Assembly (NCBI RefSeq): GCF_001194135.2
Contig: NC_068992.1
Span: 10,944,819-11,008,818 of the forward strand
Reading direction: 5' to 3'
DNA: 64,000 nucleotides
Source: Octopus bimaculoides
Lineage: Eukaryota
A program made the translations under genes and the position numbers. The notes beneath the pieces are model-generated. The model saw only the letters and a program-made list of their open reading frames with translations, ran no database searches and was not told where the DNA came from. Position 1 is the first letter of the stretch, and each line of letters begins with the position of its first letter. This document shows positions 26,796 to 40,589 of the stretch, in pieces.

Positions 26796-26889
26796 AATAA
26801 TAATAATAAAAATAATAATAATAATGATAATGATGATGATGGTGATGATGATGATGGTGATGATGATGATAATAATAATAATTACAGGA

Positions 26890-27350
26890 TTTTATGAAAT
26901 TTATCAATAAAGGCTGACCATACTATTCAAGCAAGGAGACTAGACACGATTGCAGAAGATGAGAAAAAGAAAAAAAGAAAAAAAAAATAACGAAAAGAAA
27001 CAAGGAGTGTAAGATAATAGAGTTTGGAATAGCATCTGACAGTTGAGTGGATGTGAAAGAAATTGAGGAAATTGAGAAATAACATGAGAACTTGCCAGAG
27101 ATATGAAGAGATTATGGAAGCCTAAGATGACAATTATTTCTGTGGTAATTGATGCACTGAGCATAGCACCCAATTTGCTATCCATGAAGCTGAAGAATAT
27201 TGGAATTGAGACAGTGTGTCAGCCTGCAGAAAAGTACAATCCTGGATTTTGCAAATATCTTTAGAACAATTCTTAAGATTTAAAGAGACTTGTTGTCATC
27301 AAACCTCCCTGCTAATTAGCATGTGATAGCTTTCATTGAATAAGAATAAT
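26890..27350 (+). mobile_element. Second, older R4/Dong-like RLE LINE 3' remnant
   Basis: LARDMKRLWKPKMTIISVVIDALSIAPNLLSMKLKNIGIE from 27091 parallels the RLE C-terminus of the 26-kb copy; AAT-rich tail. Confidence 0.65.
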
Positions 27351-27584
27351 AATGATAATAACAACAAGAGCAAGAAGAAGAAGAAGAAGAACAGCAACAA
27401 CAACAACACATCTCCAAAAGAAATGGATAAACTATTGCTATACAAAGATTAAGAAATAGTAAAAACCTGAACATGGAATGTCACAACAGAAACTCTTCTA
27501 ATAAGAGGTGCTTTAGGTATGGTGAAGACATGGAGACAAATAAACCAAACCACCAGGAATTATGAATATACATTACATAAAGAC

Positions 27585-27860
27585 TGGACTGGCTCCTGTG
27601 CAGGTAGCACGTAAAAAACACCTTTTTGAGCATGGTTGTTGCCAATACCACGTGACTGGCCCTTGTGCCAGTGACACGTAAAAGCACCCACTACACTCTC
27701 AGAGTGGTTGGCATTAGGAAGGGCATCCAGCTGTAAAAACTCTGCCAAATCAGATTGGAGCCTGGTGCAGCCTTCTGGCTTGCCAGTCCTCAGTCAAATC
27801 GTCCAACCCATGCTAGCATGGAAAGCAGACATTAAACGATGATGATGATGATGATGATGA
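27585..27860 (+). mobile_element. RTE-tail SINE-like repeat with (GAT)n tail
   Basis: gagtggttggcattaggaagggcatccagc...catgctagcatggaaagcagacattaaacgatgatg. Confidence 0.85.
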
Positions 27861-28710
27861 TAGGAAGAAGCCTATCATATATGCATGTGTGTGTGTGTGG
27901 GTGGGTGTGTATCTGCATGTGTGTGTGTATCTGCATGTGTCTGCATGCATTAGTCATCATTATCCTCCTCATCCTCCTCACCATTGCCAATTTTTGTCAT
28001 CACTGTTGTTGTTTTTTCTTGATGCACATTCTTCTCTTCCAATGATCTCCCCATCTCTCAGGTCAGGTCAGGTAAATATTGACCACAATTTCAATAAATA
28101 ATAAACACAGGTGAAACTTAGAGCAGAGCTTTTCCTTTGTTTACTTAGATTTTAAATACTTCAAAAGAACAGCATTATCTAATAAAGCTTGATTCTTGTA
28201 AAACTTTTGCTAGCAATAATCCAATCACGCCTGCTCATCAAACCAGAAACGAAAAGGGAAAATTTCAGTAGAGTTGATGTAGGTAGCTTAAAGGAATTCC
28301 GTTAGTTTACAGAACTATTTCTAAATATGTGACTACTAAAGGAAGTATAGACGATATGACCTCATTATGTGACTGATCAGTAACGAATTCAGGAACAATA
28401 TTTGTTAATAAGAATCCTAAAATTTGACCTCTGGGTGAAAAATGAGGATTATGATTCAGTACATATGTGAATGTTTTATTCAGAGTCAAAAACAATATTG
28501 ATTAATAAGAGTTCTGGAAAATGACATGTTGGTGCAAAATGTTAACTTAATTTCATACAAATATGAAGTACAATACAAAGCTGTAATTCCACTTATTTCA
28601 AAGTTCAATTTTACTATGATCTTATACTTAAATATACTTAAACTTGTTCATTAGCTTTGTTTAACATTTTTACTGAGCCACACAACTTTACTCCTTCAAG
28701 CGAAAAAGTC

Positions 28711-28789
<79 letters not shown>

Positions 28790-30940
28790 TAGGTTTCCAG
28801 TATATTTCAGATAATAAAATCTGAATACTTTATATAGTGACATGTCAGGATGTTCTTGAGTGCTACTGTTATCATATAACCCAATACAATCTGTCACATG
28901 ATTGAGTTGCTGGCGATTAAACTGGAAACTCCACCAGGCTTGCTTCGTAAGCAAGATGATTATTGGACTCAGTCAAATCGTCCAACCCATGCTAGCATGG
29001 AAAGCGAATGTTAAACGATGATGATGAATATCCGTTGGAGCCTAAAAAATTGCCCCTAACACCTTAAAATTTACTTCAAAGTATTCAAAATATCAATGTG
29101 AAATTTGATACACTACTAAATAATATTTTACTGATAAGTTATTAACTTTTTATTAGCCATGTATCTGTTCTGTTTACAGGTAGGGTTGGAAGAGAGGTGG
29201 TCACAGAAGTTTGCAGAGGGACAGAACACTTTTAGAAGTGTTCAAAAGGTTCTTATTTTTTAGGAGGAGTGGAGAAGTTTTTAAGGGTTTCAAAATTTTT
29301 ATAGGTGTCAAAGAATTTTTATGTAGAGAAATATTCCTTTGAAGAGTAGAAATTTTTCAGGAAAACAAGCAATTTTATGAGGATTAGAAAACTTTTATAG
29401 GGGCCAGAAGATTTTTTACATTTTAATCTCAAATTTGTATAAAGAAAAATATTTTGATACTGACATTGTAAATAAAGTTATTGATTTATTTGAATGTTAA
29501 TGCTTTATACTAATTTTATGCAAAAATTTTACTGTTTTTATAAAGTTAAAAATTCAAACTATATCGATATCATGAGATACTTTTCCATTATTTTTCAAGT
29601 ATAAATATTTTTTAATTCTCATTGCATTATTTTATTGTTTTTTAAAAAATATTCTGTGAGTATGTATAACTAAATTCAGTTTGTGTAAAGTTTGTTTTAA
29701 TTTTAAACCTATAGAATGAAGTGCAATTTACGTGATATAATTTTTAAAATTTTCAGATTCTGTATCTTCTTCAATAATCTAAAAGTCATGTTTGTATGTC
29801 TGTAATCATGTGTGTGTCTAGACAGAAGCATAGGGTAAAAAATTGAAGCCAAATTTAGAAACTGTCGATCAGATGAAATTGTTTAACTATTTTATTATGT
29901 TTTCAAACATGATTCATAGAAAGAAAACCTTCTGGGCTTTGAAGTGTTAATGGAATTCCAAAGGAAGATGTCAAATGTAGCCAGAAAGAGAGAGTGAGGT
30001 AAAACTGAGAGAAAGATAGTACGGTACAAACCGAAAGTGAAATGAAAATGAAAGACAGCAGAAGAGAAGGAAATAAGGTTGGAACCTGTGGAATTGGTAT
30101 TAATCAAGTAGATGGCCTCAGTAAAAGATACAGAATAAAATCAAAAGCTTGAGTCTGATAAATAAAGCCTTCACCACACCAGGTCTATAGAGATGCCTTA
30201 AAGTCAAAATAAAAAGTCAGGTTTAAAGAGGTAAGTTAATCAACTGCACTGATTAAAGGTGGGCTCAGAAGAAAGGTAACCAAGGATAGAATGAATAGGG
30301 CAAAGTATTAGCTGAAATATTTACAACCTCTAACATCTTGAAATTTAAAGATTTGGCCTTCATCAGGATTCTGATGAATATGGATCCTTCAAAAACAGTA
30401 AATGGAACCAAGTGCATTGTCTCATGGTTCCATGCTGATGCCACTGAAGCTGTTATTTCCCGTGGTCTCTATAAAATGCAATAATGCCTTCCTACCAAAA
30501 CTTCCATTGTCTCCATCAGTTAATAAGTTTAGGTGTCTCCAGTTTCCACACAAGCTGTGTTATGTTATAACAATGAAAAAGGCACAACAACAGACCTTTA
30601 AAGCAATCAGTTTGGATCACTCAATCCAGTGCTTCTCTCATGCGCAATTATATATTACAGCTTCCAGAACTGAGGATGCCAAGAAATTAATTGTCCTGGC
30701 TGTAAAGGACTAAACAAGAAATATGGTGGACTAAGGGGGTTTATCAGATTGAGGCATTTCTGCATGACATAAGCCAAAGAGTCAAGTTAGGAAGGGGGAA
30801 ATTTGATAGTAAAATTATCAATAAAAACACTTTTATCCAATATAGTTTAATTTTATTCTTAATTAGTCATAGCTGCAAATCAAGTTGTTGCCTGGGTACT
30901 CAGGCATATTTATATGTGTGTGTGTGTGTGTGTGTGAATG

Positions 30941-30985
<45 letters not shown>

Positions 30986-31504
30986 TTAGATTATACAAAC
31001 AAATGACAACTCTGAATTGCTTCAATGTACTGCAAGTTCAATCCTACCTACATGTTGATAAACCTAGATTCTAATGAGTCCTGCAACAGATATATGTGTT
31101 TGTGTGTGTATGCATGTTTGGGTATGTGTTTGTGTGTGTATCCATTTCCATATATGTATCTATGTGTATATATATGTATATATGTATTCGTATGTGTGTG
31201 TGTGATGCATGTATGTATATAACTAAATAGTGATTTTCTGAAATGATTTAATATGTTGAAGTATCACTATTTGGTTTGATTTCATAATTACAAGCTTATA
31301 CAACTCAATGCCAGACAAACAAGATGGTCTAGATTCCACTCATTCAGATACTCAAACAACGATTTGGAGTCATTTGTTAGATTTGACTCAAGTCAAAAAT
31401 TCTGCTAGCCTAACATGAAATACATACACACACATGCATGCACGCACACATATAAACCATGCCACAACTGACAAATCGAGTCTGGCCATCCCCCTGGCTG
31501 AGCA

Positions 31505-31830
31505 GTTCCCTTGTTGGTCACGTTCCTGGCCGGACAGCTCCTGCTAAGCCTTCCAATCCATGCCAGCACGGAAAATGGATGCTAAACGATGATAATGATG
31601 TTGGTGATGATGAGGATGATGATGATACGTGTCTGTGTGAGTATGTGTGTAAATATGATGGGCTGCTTTCAGTTCCTCTACCAAATTCCCTTACCAATCA
31701 TTGGTCAGGTGAGGTCTATAGTAAAGGACACTTACTCAAGATGTTGGTCATATGCAATTGTGCAGTGGGACTGAAACTAAAGCCATGTGGTCAAGAAGCT
31801 AACTTTTTTTCTTAACAGCACAACCGTGCC
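31505..31830. mobile_element. RTE-tail SINE-like fragment (+) followed by a reverse SINE head fragment
   Basis: tccaatccatgccagcacggaaaatgga...(gat)n, then gggctgctttcagtt...cacaaccgtgcctg. Confidence 0.6.
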
Positions 31831-32149
31831 TGTGCCTATAAGAAAATTATTAAAAATGAAAAACCATTTTCAGTATAAAAAGAAAACAAATAAATACTAA
31901 ATAAAATGGAGAAAACAAATTAAGTAGGAGTGCTTAAGAATTTAATCTAATTTGAGAGACTTAAAGTGATTTGAACACTCTTAATTAGACTAAAATAGCT
32001 TAACAAAATCTACTTAATTCTGAATAATTGACTTATATTGTATTATTGAGAAATTTTTTTATTATACCTTGTCATATTCATATATTCTATTAATTCTGAA
32101 ATACTTCTTCATGTCAGAATCTATGATGTAATTCTAATTTAGCCATTGT

Positions 32150-33340
32150 GTTAATCGTATGACAGCAAAAATATTTCCCTTTCTTGGATGATGTTTATGA
32201 TTGTGAAAGATACTGTCTGGAGATGGTTTTAATCTTTTTGGTATTTCTTCTGGTCATTTAGTCATCACTCCACTGGCTATGATCTGTGGTGGAGTGCTAC
32301 AATCAGAGGTGCCTATTCTAACTTGCAAGCATCGTCTATGCTGTATATCATGAGATCCATAGTAGTCACAGTACAAGATTTCATATTAAGAAATTTTCTG
32401 TAAATTTTGGCAACATTTTTCTCACTCTTTCAAAATGGTTTTCTAATTTCTGAAGCAACAGTCCCAAATCCTCAAGCTTCTTGTTTTGGGGGAATGATTT
32501 GAGAGATATTGGAAAGATTTAAAAACAGACGTGAAAATATAATTGTGAGAGATTTGTCATGCACAGAATTATTGGTTGATGGATCAACGAATTTGTGGCA
32601 GTTACTTCCCTTCTAGCCATAACTCTCTAGCATGCAGTTGTTAAAGAAAATAACAAAAATACAACATCCAAAGATATTTCAAAATTACAGAAGAAACACA
32701 GGTTAAATATGCATGACCTTTTAAGAAAGCAACAGAATAATCATGGCTGTTTAACTGTTAAACAGGTGCTGTATGGAGACCTAATATGTGTGTAAAGAAT
32801 GCTCTGATAGTGGCTCCAAGCAATGTTTTTTCTAAGTTTTGGTAATCAGTGTGTGCAAAAATCTAATACTGCAAAAATTATTTCCCTGTACAAAGTATGA
32901 GTGCATTGACTACTTGCACAAACTTTAGAAGCACCAATCAGCAATCAATTTGTTTGCTGAAAGTATTGACAAGAACCAGTGGTTTTCTAGACTCCAGGGC
33001 TTTGACTGATGAGATGCAACATGTTGAAACACCGGTGTTCCACAGTCTTCTACACTAATGAGTTGAGTGTGTTGAACACACTGCCATCATAAAAAAGAGA
33101 ACTCCTTTGACTTACTCAGCAGCAACTAGCATAGTTTATGCTTGAACTTGCTTATACATAGAGTAATTATATAAATATTCATTCCAGATTTCACTGTACA
33201 CAGTGCAAATAATGATTATGTAAGTTTGAAATTGTTTCAGGATAAATTGACACATCCTATCTTTCACTATTAGCAAAACTGTATCGAGGGTTTGAAAATA
33301 ACTCCTACATACCAACAACCTTACCGCCCTCATTCACAGA
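32150..33340 (-). mobile_element. Heavily decayed hAT transposase remnant
   Basis: Minus-strand pieces YSM......TMLVAAE (like YSI.TDNG.NM.KA), CVQHTQLISVED (like C.AHTLQL.V.D) and IDC..W (like ID..TRW) occur in the expected order; many stops. Confidence 0.45.
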
Positions 33341-34029
33341 AATTACTTTAAAGGGAACTTATTAAAAGTTTTCTGAGAATTTTATTAAGATAAACTTAAC
33401 AAAGCTACTCTAGATTTATAGATATTTAGAAATATTATCAAAGGAAACTTAGAGAGAATTTTTGTAAAATTTTATTAAATCAAAATTAAGAAAGTTTTAA
33501 TTAGTTTTAAGTATAATCATTAATTATTGCATTATTTTAAGCAACTAATCTTTAGTGTGCTGTTTGCAAATTGCTTAGCTTAATAAGAACACCATGTCCA
33601 GTTCTGTCAATCCATTTTTTTTTCTTGTATTTCAGATTAAAAGAGATATTGTTTTCTTAAATACTGGTTAAAGCAATTCAGCTGTAACATTTTAGTGACG
33701 TCCAAAAGGTGCATGAAATAAAGCTATTTATGAGTATCGGTAACTTTAAAAACTTTAATCACATGGAAAAGAATAACAAATAAATTATATAGAGTAATAT
33801 GGATGCTTTTTATTGCTTAATGTGATTATAAATTCCTCAACATGCTTTAAGATAGAAGTGACTGTTTCCCCTTCAGTTGCAGTAGCAGCAGTCAGCTATG
33901 TATTTTAGCAATGGTTTTATATTTTCTATCTTTTACTTGTTTCAGTCATTATATTGTGGCCATGCTGGTGCCAGTGCTGTATTTAGAGTGTGTGCCACTA
34001 GAAGCAGTCAGTGATTTTACAATTTATGG

Positions 34030-34210
34030 GAGCGACTGCCTTTGAAGACTCATATGTCATTGAATGCTCGAAATAAGGAGTAGATAGACAGCTGACAACT
34101 GATGAAGGGACCTTTCTCTATGTTACCTTGTCCTGTTGTCTATTCTTTCTTGTTGTTTATGTATTTCATGTTATTTGCACCATAGGTGACGTTCTGTACC
34201 CATATATGCA
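34030..34210 (+). mobile_element. Single arm of the 373-652 palindromic family
   Basis: gagtagatagacagctgacaactgatgaaggg...tgtacccatatatgc matches 532-652. Confidence 0.75.
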
Positions 34211-34286
34211 TATATATATATATATATATATCATATGTGGCTGTGTGGTAAGTAGCTTGCTTACCAACCACATGGTNNNNNNNNNN

Positions 34287-34429
34287 TATGTGGCTGTGTG
34301 GTAAGTAGCTTGCTTACCAACCACATGGTTCTGGGTTCAGTCCCACTGTGTGGCACCTTGGGCAAGTGTCTTCTATTATAGCCTGTGTGTGTGAGTGGAT
34401 TTGATAGACGGAAACTGAAAGAAGCCCGT

Positions 34430-34466
<37 letters not shown>

Positions 34467-34686
34467 GTATGTGTGTGTATATGTTTGTGCATCTGAGTTT
34501 GTCCCCCCAACATCGCTTGACAACCGATGCTGGTGTGTTTATGTCCCCGTAACTTAGCAGTTTGGCAAAAGCGACAGATAGAATAAGAACTAGGCTTACA
34601 AAGAATAAGTCCTGGGGTCGATTTGCTCGACTAAAGGCAGTGCTCCAGCATGGCCACCGTCAAATGACTGAAACATGTAAAAGAGA
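34287..34686 (+). mobile_element. tRNA-derived SINE with internal (TA)/(TG) microsatellite
   Basis: tggctgtgtggtaagtagc...gggttcagtccc head, ...aaatgactgaaacatgtaaaagag tail; homologous to 46850-47231 in reverse. Confidence 0.9.
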
Positions 34687-34799
34687 GTATATGCACACAC
34701 ATATAATACATACATATACATACATATACATATATCTGTCGCGTCAGGTGTTGGGGTTGTGCTGTTGCAGTGCGTGTGTGTATGTGTGTGTGTGTGTCT

Positions 34800-34839
<40 letters not shown>

Positions 34840-35499
34840 ATATATATATTTCATTAACATGAACAGACAAGTACACATACACACACACACACACACACAT
34901 ACATATATTATGCATATATATGTACATGGTTCCTGCTATAATTGTGTCTCTTCCACTACTTCTTCATCTACCACACTCTCAACTTCACCAGATCAGGTAG
35001 AGCTAAGAACGAGCATGGGAACTGATCCTACTCTCCAGAATAAAATAACGAAAAGCAAAAGTTTAAAGAAAAGAAATGAGAAGAAAACATAAATAATAAA
35101 CGTATAAAAAATAAAATAGAATGTCTACTCTAGACAAATCTCAGTTTAGAGGAAGAAAAGAAAATAATAAGATAGTAATATACCTCAGACTGTTAATCTT
35201 ACCTTTTAGCTATACAAAAAAAAAAATTGTAATATTTACTTCTACACTATGTTTCAACTGTCAGTGAATAACTTATTCTTGGATGTATGTGTATAATAGC
35301 AGACTGGATTAAAACTTGGGGCATTTATTTCTAAACTAAAGCTAACAATGTTTTTTTTTTATTTTGTATTTGTTTTGGAAGAATTTTGATTTGAAATTGT
35401 GTGTTGTAACATATGTGGTCTTAACAAGAGAGAGTGGGTGACACTAAAAAAAAACAACAACTTCTTACTCATTACTTTTTACAGATATTTGTCAACTAA

Positions 35500-35720
35500 G
35501 GCAGGGAGCTAGCAGAATCATTGGAATGCTGGACAAAAATGATTAGTACCATTTTGTCCATCTTCATGGTCTGAGTTCAAATGCCACCAAGGTCGACTTT
35601 GCCTTTTATCTTTTTAGGGTCGATAAAATAAGTACCAGTTGTACACTGAGGTCAAAGTAGTTAACATACCCCTTCCCCTACAACTGTTGACCTTGTGCCA
35701 AAATTTTAAACCAACATTAT
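35500..35720 (+). mobile_element. tRNA-derived SINE (ggcagggagctagcagaa family)
   Basis: Aligns with 54139-54369. Confidence 0.8.
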
Positions 35721-36747
35721 TAGTTCACTAGTAAGGAATTCATAAAATATCTAATTGATGGCTTGAGTGAAATTTTGGTCAACCAATAAATCATTTGATT
35801 TGTTAGAACCCTTTCATTGTCATTTGTGATCTGATCAATGACCTGCTATCAATGTTTAGATGCATCATGATGGATTTGGAGCAATGAGGGTATGCTACTG
35901 AGGAGATGGCAGAGAAAAAAAACAAAGTGGAGATCCTTGATAGTCAATCTGTTGCTAACAGATGACATATGTTGATGATGATGATGATGATGATGAGGAT
36001 GATGATGATGATGACGACGACGACGACGATGACAACGATGATGATGTGATGATGATTTCAAATCCAGTTTGGTTCTTTGTACCCATCCAGGAATAAAATA
36101 CCCAATGACAATGAAATGAAGTGTAGAAGTAAATACTGGAAAAAAAAAAAAAAAAATGAAATAAAAATAAATGAAAATAAAAAAGAGCAAATAAATATTT
36201 ATAAAAAAACTGTAATCTCTAAAAAGGAAGCTAATAGTCTGAAAAATTATAATCTTATTACCAAAAACTAATCTTAGATATTTAGATATTTAATCAAATG
36301 AAAATGGTATTAGACAGTTTGTCTGACTTTCCGTCATTACCAATATAATGCTACAGTGAATTCAAATAACCGTACACCCTCCTATTTTATAAGGTTCTGT
36401 TAGTACTAAGAAGAAGAATTAGCCATTGTTGAAATGAATAAATGAATAAATAGATAAATAAACGAAAAAGACTGAGCCAAAGAATATAACAAGAACTTTT
36501 AATTTTTTGTGTGTGTTCTGTAAATGGTCGGAATACAGAATAACCGTTTAACTTACATTTTCCAATGGACACCTCCTACCAAAAGGAAGTAGACTTTGGA
36601 CATAGTTGTTCTACATTTTTATATTGGCAGGAATAGCGTAAATTTAATCTTCTACAGTAAAGGTACACACACATAAACACAGGTGTGCATGTGTGTGTGT
36701 GTGTATACATATATATATATATATGTATATATATANNNNNNNNNNGG

Positions 36748-37757
36748 GATAAAAATCCAAATTTTAAGGAAGATGACTTGCAGAACTTAACTTGTTCCTT
36801 AAAATACAAAAATACCTCATCAAACTCACAATCCCAAGAACTACAATATTCTACAAACAGCCAAACGCCTTCTACCAATTGTACACCAGTCCCAATGTCT
36901 CCGAAAAATAATCAAAGAACAACAAATAATCAACAGTGAAAGGCAACCACCAAATCTTAAGAAAATTTTAGCCAAAGCAAGATTTGCATCAGGGGAAGAA
37001 ATGATGCAAGTTACCAGATGTGGGACATGTGATTTAATAGAACAGGCCCCAGCCAAAAAATTCAAGAATGGAAGAGAACTAAAGGTGAACGCAAATATGA
37101 ACTGTAAAAGCAAAAACCTGATATATTGCATCATATGCTCACGATGCAACGAACATTATATTGGGGAAACAAAAATGAAACTAACCAATCGTGTAAATGT
37201 GCACTGTCATCAAATAAAACATCCAGAACTTAGATGCATACTATGTAGCGATCATTTGAACACTTGTGCGCAAGGAAAATTTCCAATTTCCCCTCTTCAT
37301 AAAATAAATGAAGAGAACGACCATCCCCGGAAGACAAAAGGAGAATATTTCATAAGTTTTCTGAGTCCGAAACTAAACCAAAAATAATCAACAACAATTT
37401 TACTGAAAACAACTTTCACTATATGTAATAACACGTGCTTGAAAACGTTAAGAACTGAAAGCGCTTACACATCTATAAAAGCAAAAGCCACACACATTTT
37501 GTGAAATCTCTTCCCAAAGGTTTGTGTCTTTCGACTTTCTAAAAAGGTTCTTTTTTCAATCTTAACTCTTTGAGAAAGAAATCTTCTCCCCAAATATTAT
37601 AACTGTATCAAGTGTGATCTCTAAATCCACAAGTTTTTCATTCTCTCCCTGTGTATCTTCTTTTATTTCTCTCTGTTGAGGAGCATAGGTTCGAAACGTA
37701 AATGACTCCCTCACATTCTCAAGTGTTAAACTAATACACCTGCTTGTTGTTCATACA
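36748..37757 (+). mobile_element. Penelope-like element 3' part: GIY-YIG endonuclease plus pseudo-LTR
   Basis: ORF 37001-37387: CGTC..NCKSKNLIYCIICSRCNEHYIGETKMKLTNRVNVH...L.PKLN has the CCHH-type Zn motif and IY-YIG; followed by a tail with a hammerhead-like core. Confidence 0.9.
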
Positions 37758-38337
37758 NNNNNNNNNNNNNNNNNNNNNNNNNNNNNNNNNNNNNNNNNNN
37801 NNNNNNNNNNNNNNNNNNNNNNNNNNNNNNNNNNNNNNNNNNNNNNNNNNNNNNNNNNNNNNNNNNNNNNNNNNNNNNNNNNNNNNNNNNNNNNNNNNNN
37901 NNNNNNNNNNNNNNNNNNNNNNNNNNNNNNNNNNNNNNNNNNNNNNNNNNNNNNNNNNNNNNNNNNNNNNNNNNNNNNNNNNNNNNNNNNNNNNNNNNNN
38001 NNNNNNNNNNNNNNNNNNNNNNNNNNNNNNNNNNNNNNNNNNNNNNNNNNNNNNNNNNNNNNNNNNNNNNNNNNNNNNNNNNNNNNNNNNNNNNNNNNNN
38101 NNNNNNNNNNNNNNNNNNNNNNNNNNNNNNNNNNNNNNNNNNNNNNNNNNNNNNNNNNNNNNNNNNNNNNNNNNNNNNNNNNNNNNNNNNNNNNNNNNNN
38201 NNNNNNNNNNNNNNNNNNNNNNNNNNNNNNNNNNNNNNNNNNNNNNNNNNNNNNNNNNNNNNNNNNNNNNNNNNNNNNNNNNNNNNNNNNNNNNNNNNNN
38301 NNNNNNNNNNNNNNNNNNNNNNNNNNNNNNNNNNNNN

Positions 38338-38372
<35 letters not shown>

Positions 38373-40332
38373 CACGCACATACATATGTATATATATATA
38401 TATATATATATTTACATATATATATACAGACACACATATTTGTATATAGATTCTATGAATCCATATATTGTATTACAAATATGTATACATATATATATAT
38501 ATATATATATGCACACATTCACATACACACATGCATATACAAGTATATATATATGCACACGCATGCACACACACACACATACATACAAACACACACACAG
38601 ACACATGCACATATATCAGAAACATGCCTTTTGTTGGATAAGCTGAACAATTTTACATACATGGATACATACATATAATTATCTGAAGTTATTGTATGGC
38701 AGGAATAGCATGGTCTGAGAATATGCAAAACCATAATATAATGAATACAGCTACCTACTTCAACCAGATTTCACATGAAGTATAATTCTGGAAATAATAC
38801 AACGGAAGAAAAGAAACATCACAGTTTATCTAAATAACTAATAAGATTGACTAGGAAATATCCATTTTTGTAGAATATTAAATATAATATATATAACAGA
38901 AGATTCACAAATTTTGGCATAATTTTCTTTCAGTCTTTTCTTGAAGCTTTAAATTTCAAACATGTATTACAGTGAAATTTGAATGTAAAAGATATTGTAT
39001 GTGTTTGGGAGTTTGCAATATGATAAATTTAATTCATTTAGTAAACTTAGTTTAAAAATTGTAACTTCAACCTGATAAATACATTGTGTTTGTGAATGTT
39101 TTATCTTAAGATATGTGGTTTAATTTAATACTCATAGAAATCTGAATGAATGCATATTCAAATGGATAATGAAGTTGATGATAACGATAATAACGACTAT
39201 GAGGATGATGATGATGATGATGATGATGACGACGTTGATGATGACAATGATAACATTATATATTGTGATGATGATGATGATGATGGTGGTGATGACGATG
39301 CTAACTTTATAGAAGCAGTTTAATATGCTTATTGCTCACATGTTAACAGATTCTATAGAGAATGAATGAACAGTGAATAAATCCACAACGTCGTCATCGT
39401 CATCATTGTCATTATCGTCATCGTCGTCGTCGTCGTCGTCGTCATCATCATTATCATCAACATCATCATTTTCATCGCCGTAATCATCATTATCCTCATT
39501 TTATATTCAGCCTTATCTTCAAATTCATTTTATTATAATCTGATACTGATATAATTTCCATAATCATCCTCATTGTTGTCAGCTTTTCCTTTCTAACAAT
39601 CTTATATATATATATATATATATATATATNNNNNNNNNNNNNNNNNNNNNNNNNNNNNNNNNNNNNNNNNNNNNNNNNNNNNNNNNNNNNNNNNNNNNNN
39701 NNNNNNNNNNNNNNNNNNNNNNNNNNNNNNNNNNNNNNNNNNNNNNNNNNNNNNNNNNNNNNNNNNNNNNNNNNNNNNNNNTATATATGCATATAGATAT
39801 GTGTGTATGTGTGTATGTGTGTATGTGTGTGTGTGTGTGTGTTAAATGAAATAAGATAACATGGCCAAGGCAATTTGATATTCCTAGGACATTTGTATAC
39901 ACTGCACACACACACACACATACACACATACGTATATGGGCATTGGCTAGAAAGTTCATAGGCTGACCAAGATACTCTCATGGAATGTAACCAAACAATG
40001 TTTAGTTTTCAACATAGTCTCTCTTGTGGTTGGCGCACTTCTTCCATTTGTGTTGTAATGCTTGGATCACTTTGGTAAAGAAGCTGCCATCCTGTTGGTC
40101 AAAAAAGTCATCAACAGCAGATATGATGTGATCATCACTGTGATACTGGTTCCCAGTCAAGTGCTTTTCCAATTTTAGTAGAATGAATTCGCCCCAGTAC
40201 TTTTGTTTTTAAGCTTAGTATTTACTTTATCAATCTCTTTTGCCAAACTGCTAAGATATGGGGACATGAACACACCAACACTGGTTATGAAATAGTGATG
40301 AGGGACAAGCAGACACAAAGACACAAACATGC

Positions 40333-40387
<55 letters not shown>

Positions 40388-40589
40388 TGAAAATATAAAT
40401 ATTATTAAATTAACATTAATATCCACAAGAATAAAGCACCATATAGGTAGAATTATAAATATGTAAAGCAGTTGTACACAAAGTATGATCATTGCTAATT
40501 TACAGCTGTTATTTCTAACAGTGATCGTACTTCATGTATACCTGCTTTATATATTTATATTTACATGCACACACACACACACACACACA

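Noticed and set aside
30183-30237. Strong GAG|gtaagt donor with an upstream acceptor
   Set aside because: Stops in all three frames.
34234-34330. Exact duplication of about 43 bp of a SINE head on both sides of a 10-N gap
   Set aside because: Typical unmerged contig overlap; an assembly artefact rather than a biological tandem repeat.
37726-38646. Long ORFs of 200-325 aa across N runs (also at 19538, 42171, 48466 and 50450)
   Set aside because: They stay open only because N and (TA)n/(CA)n supply no stop codons.
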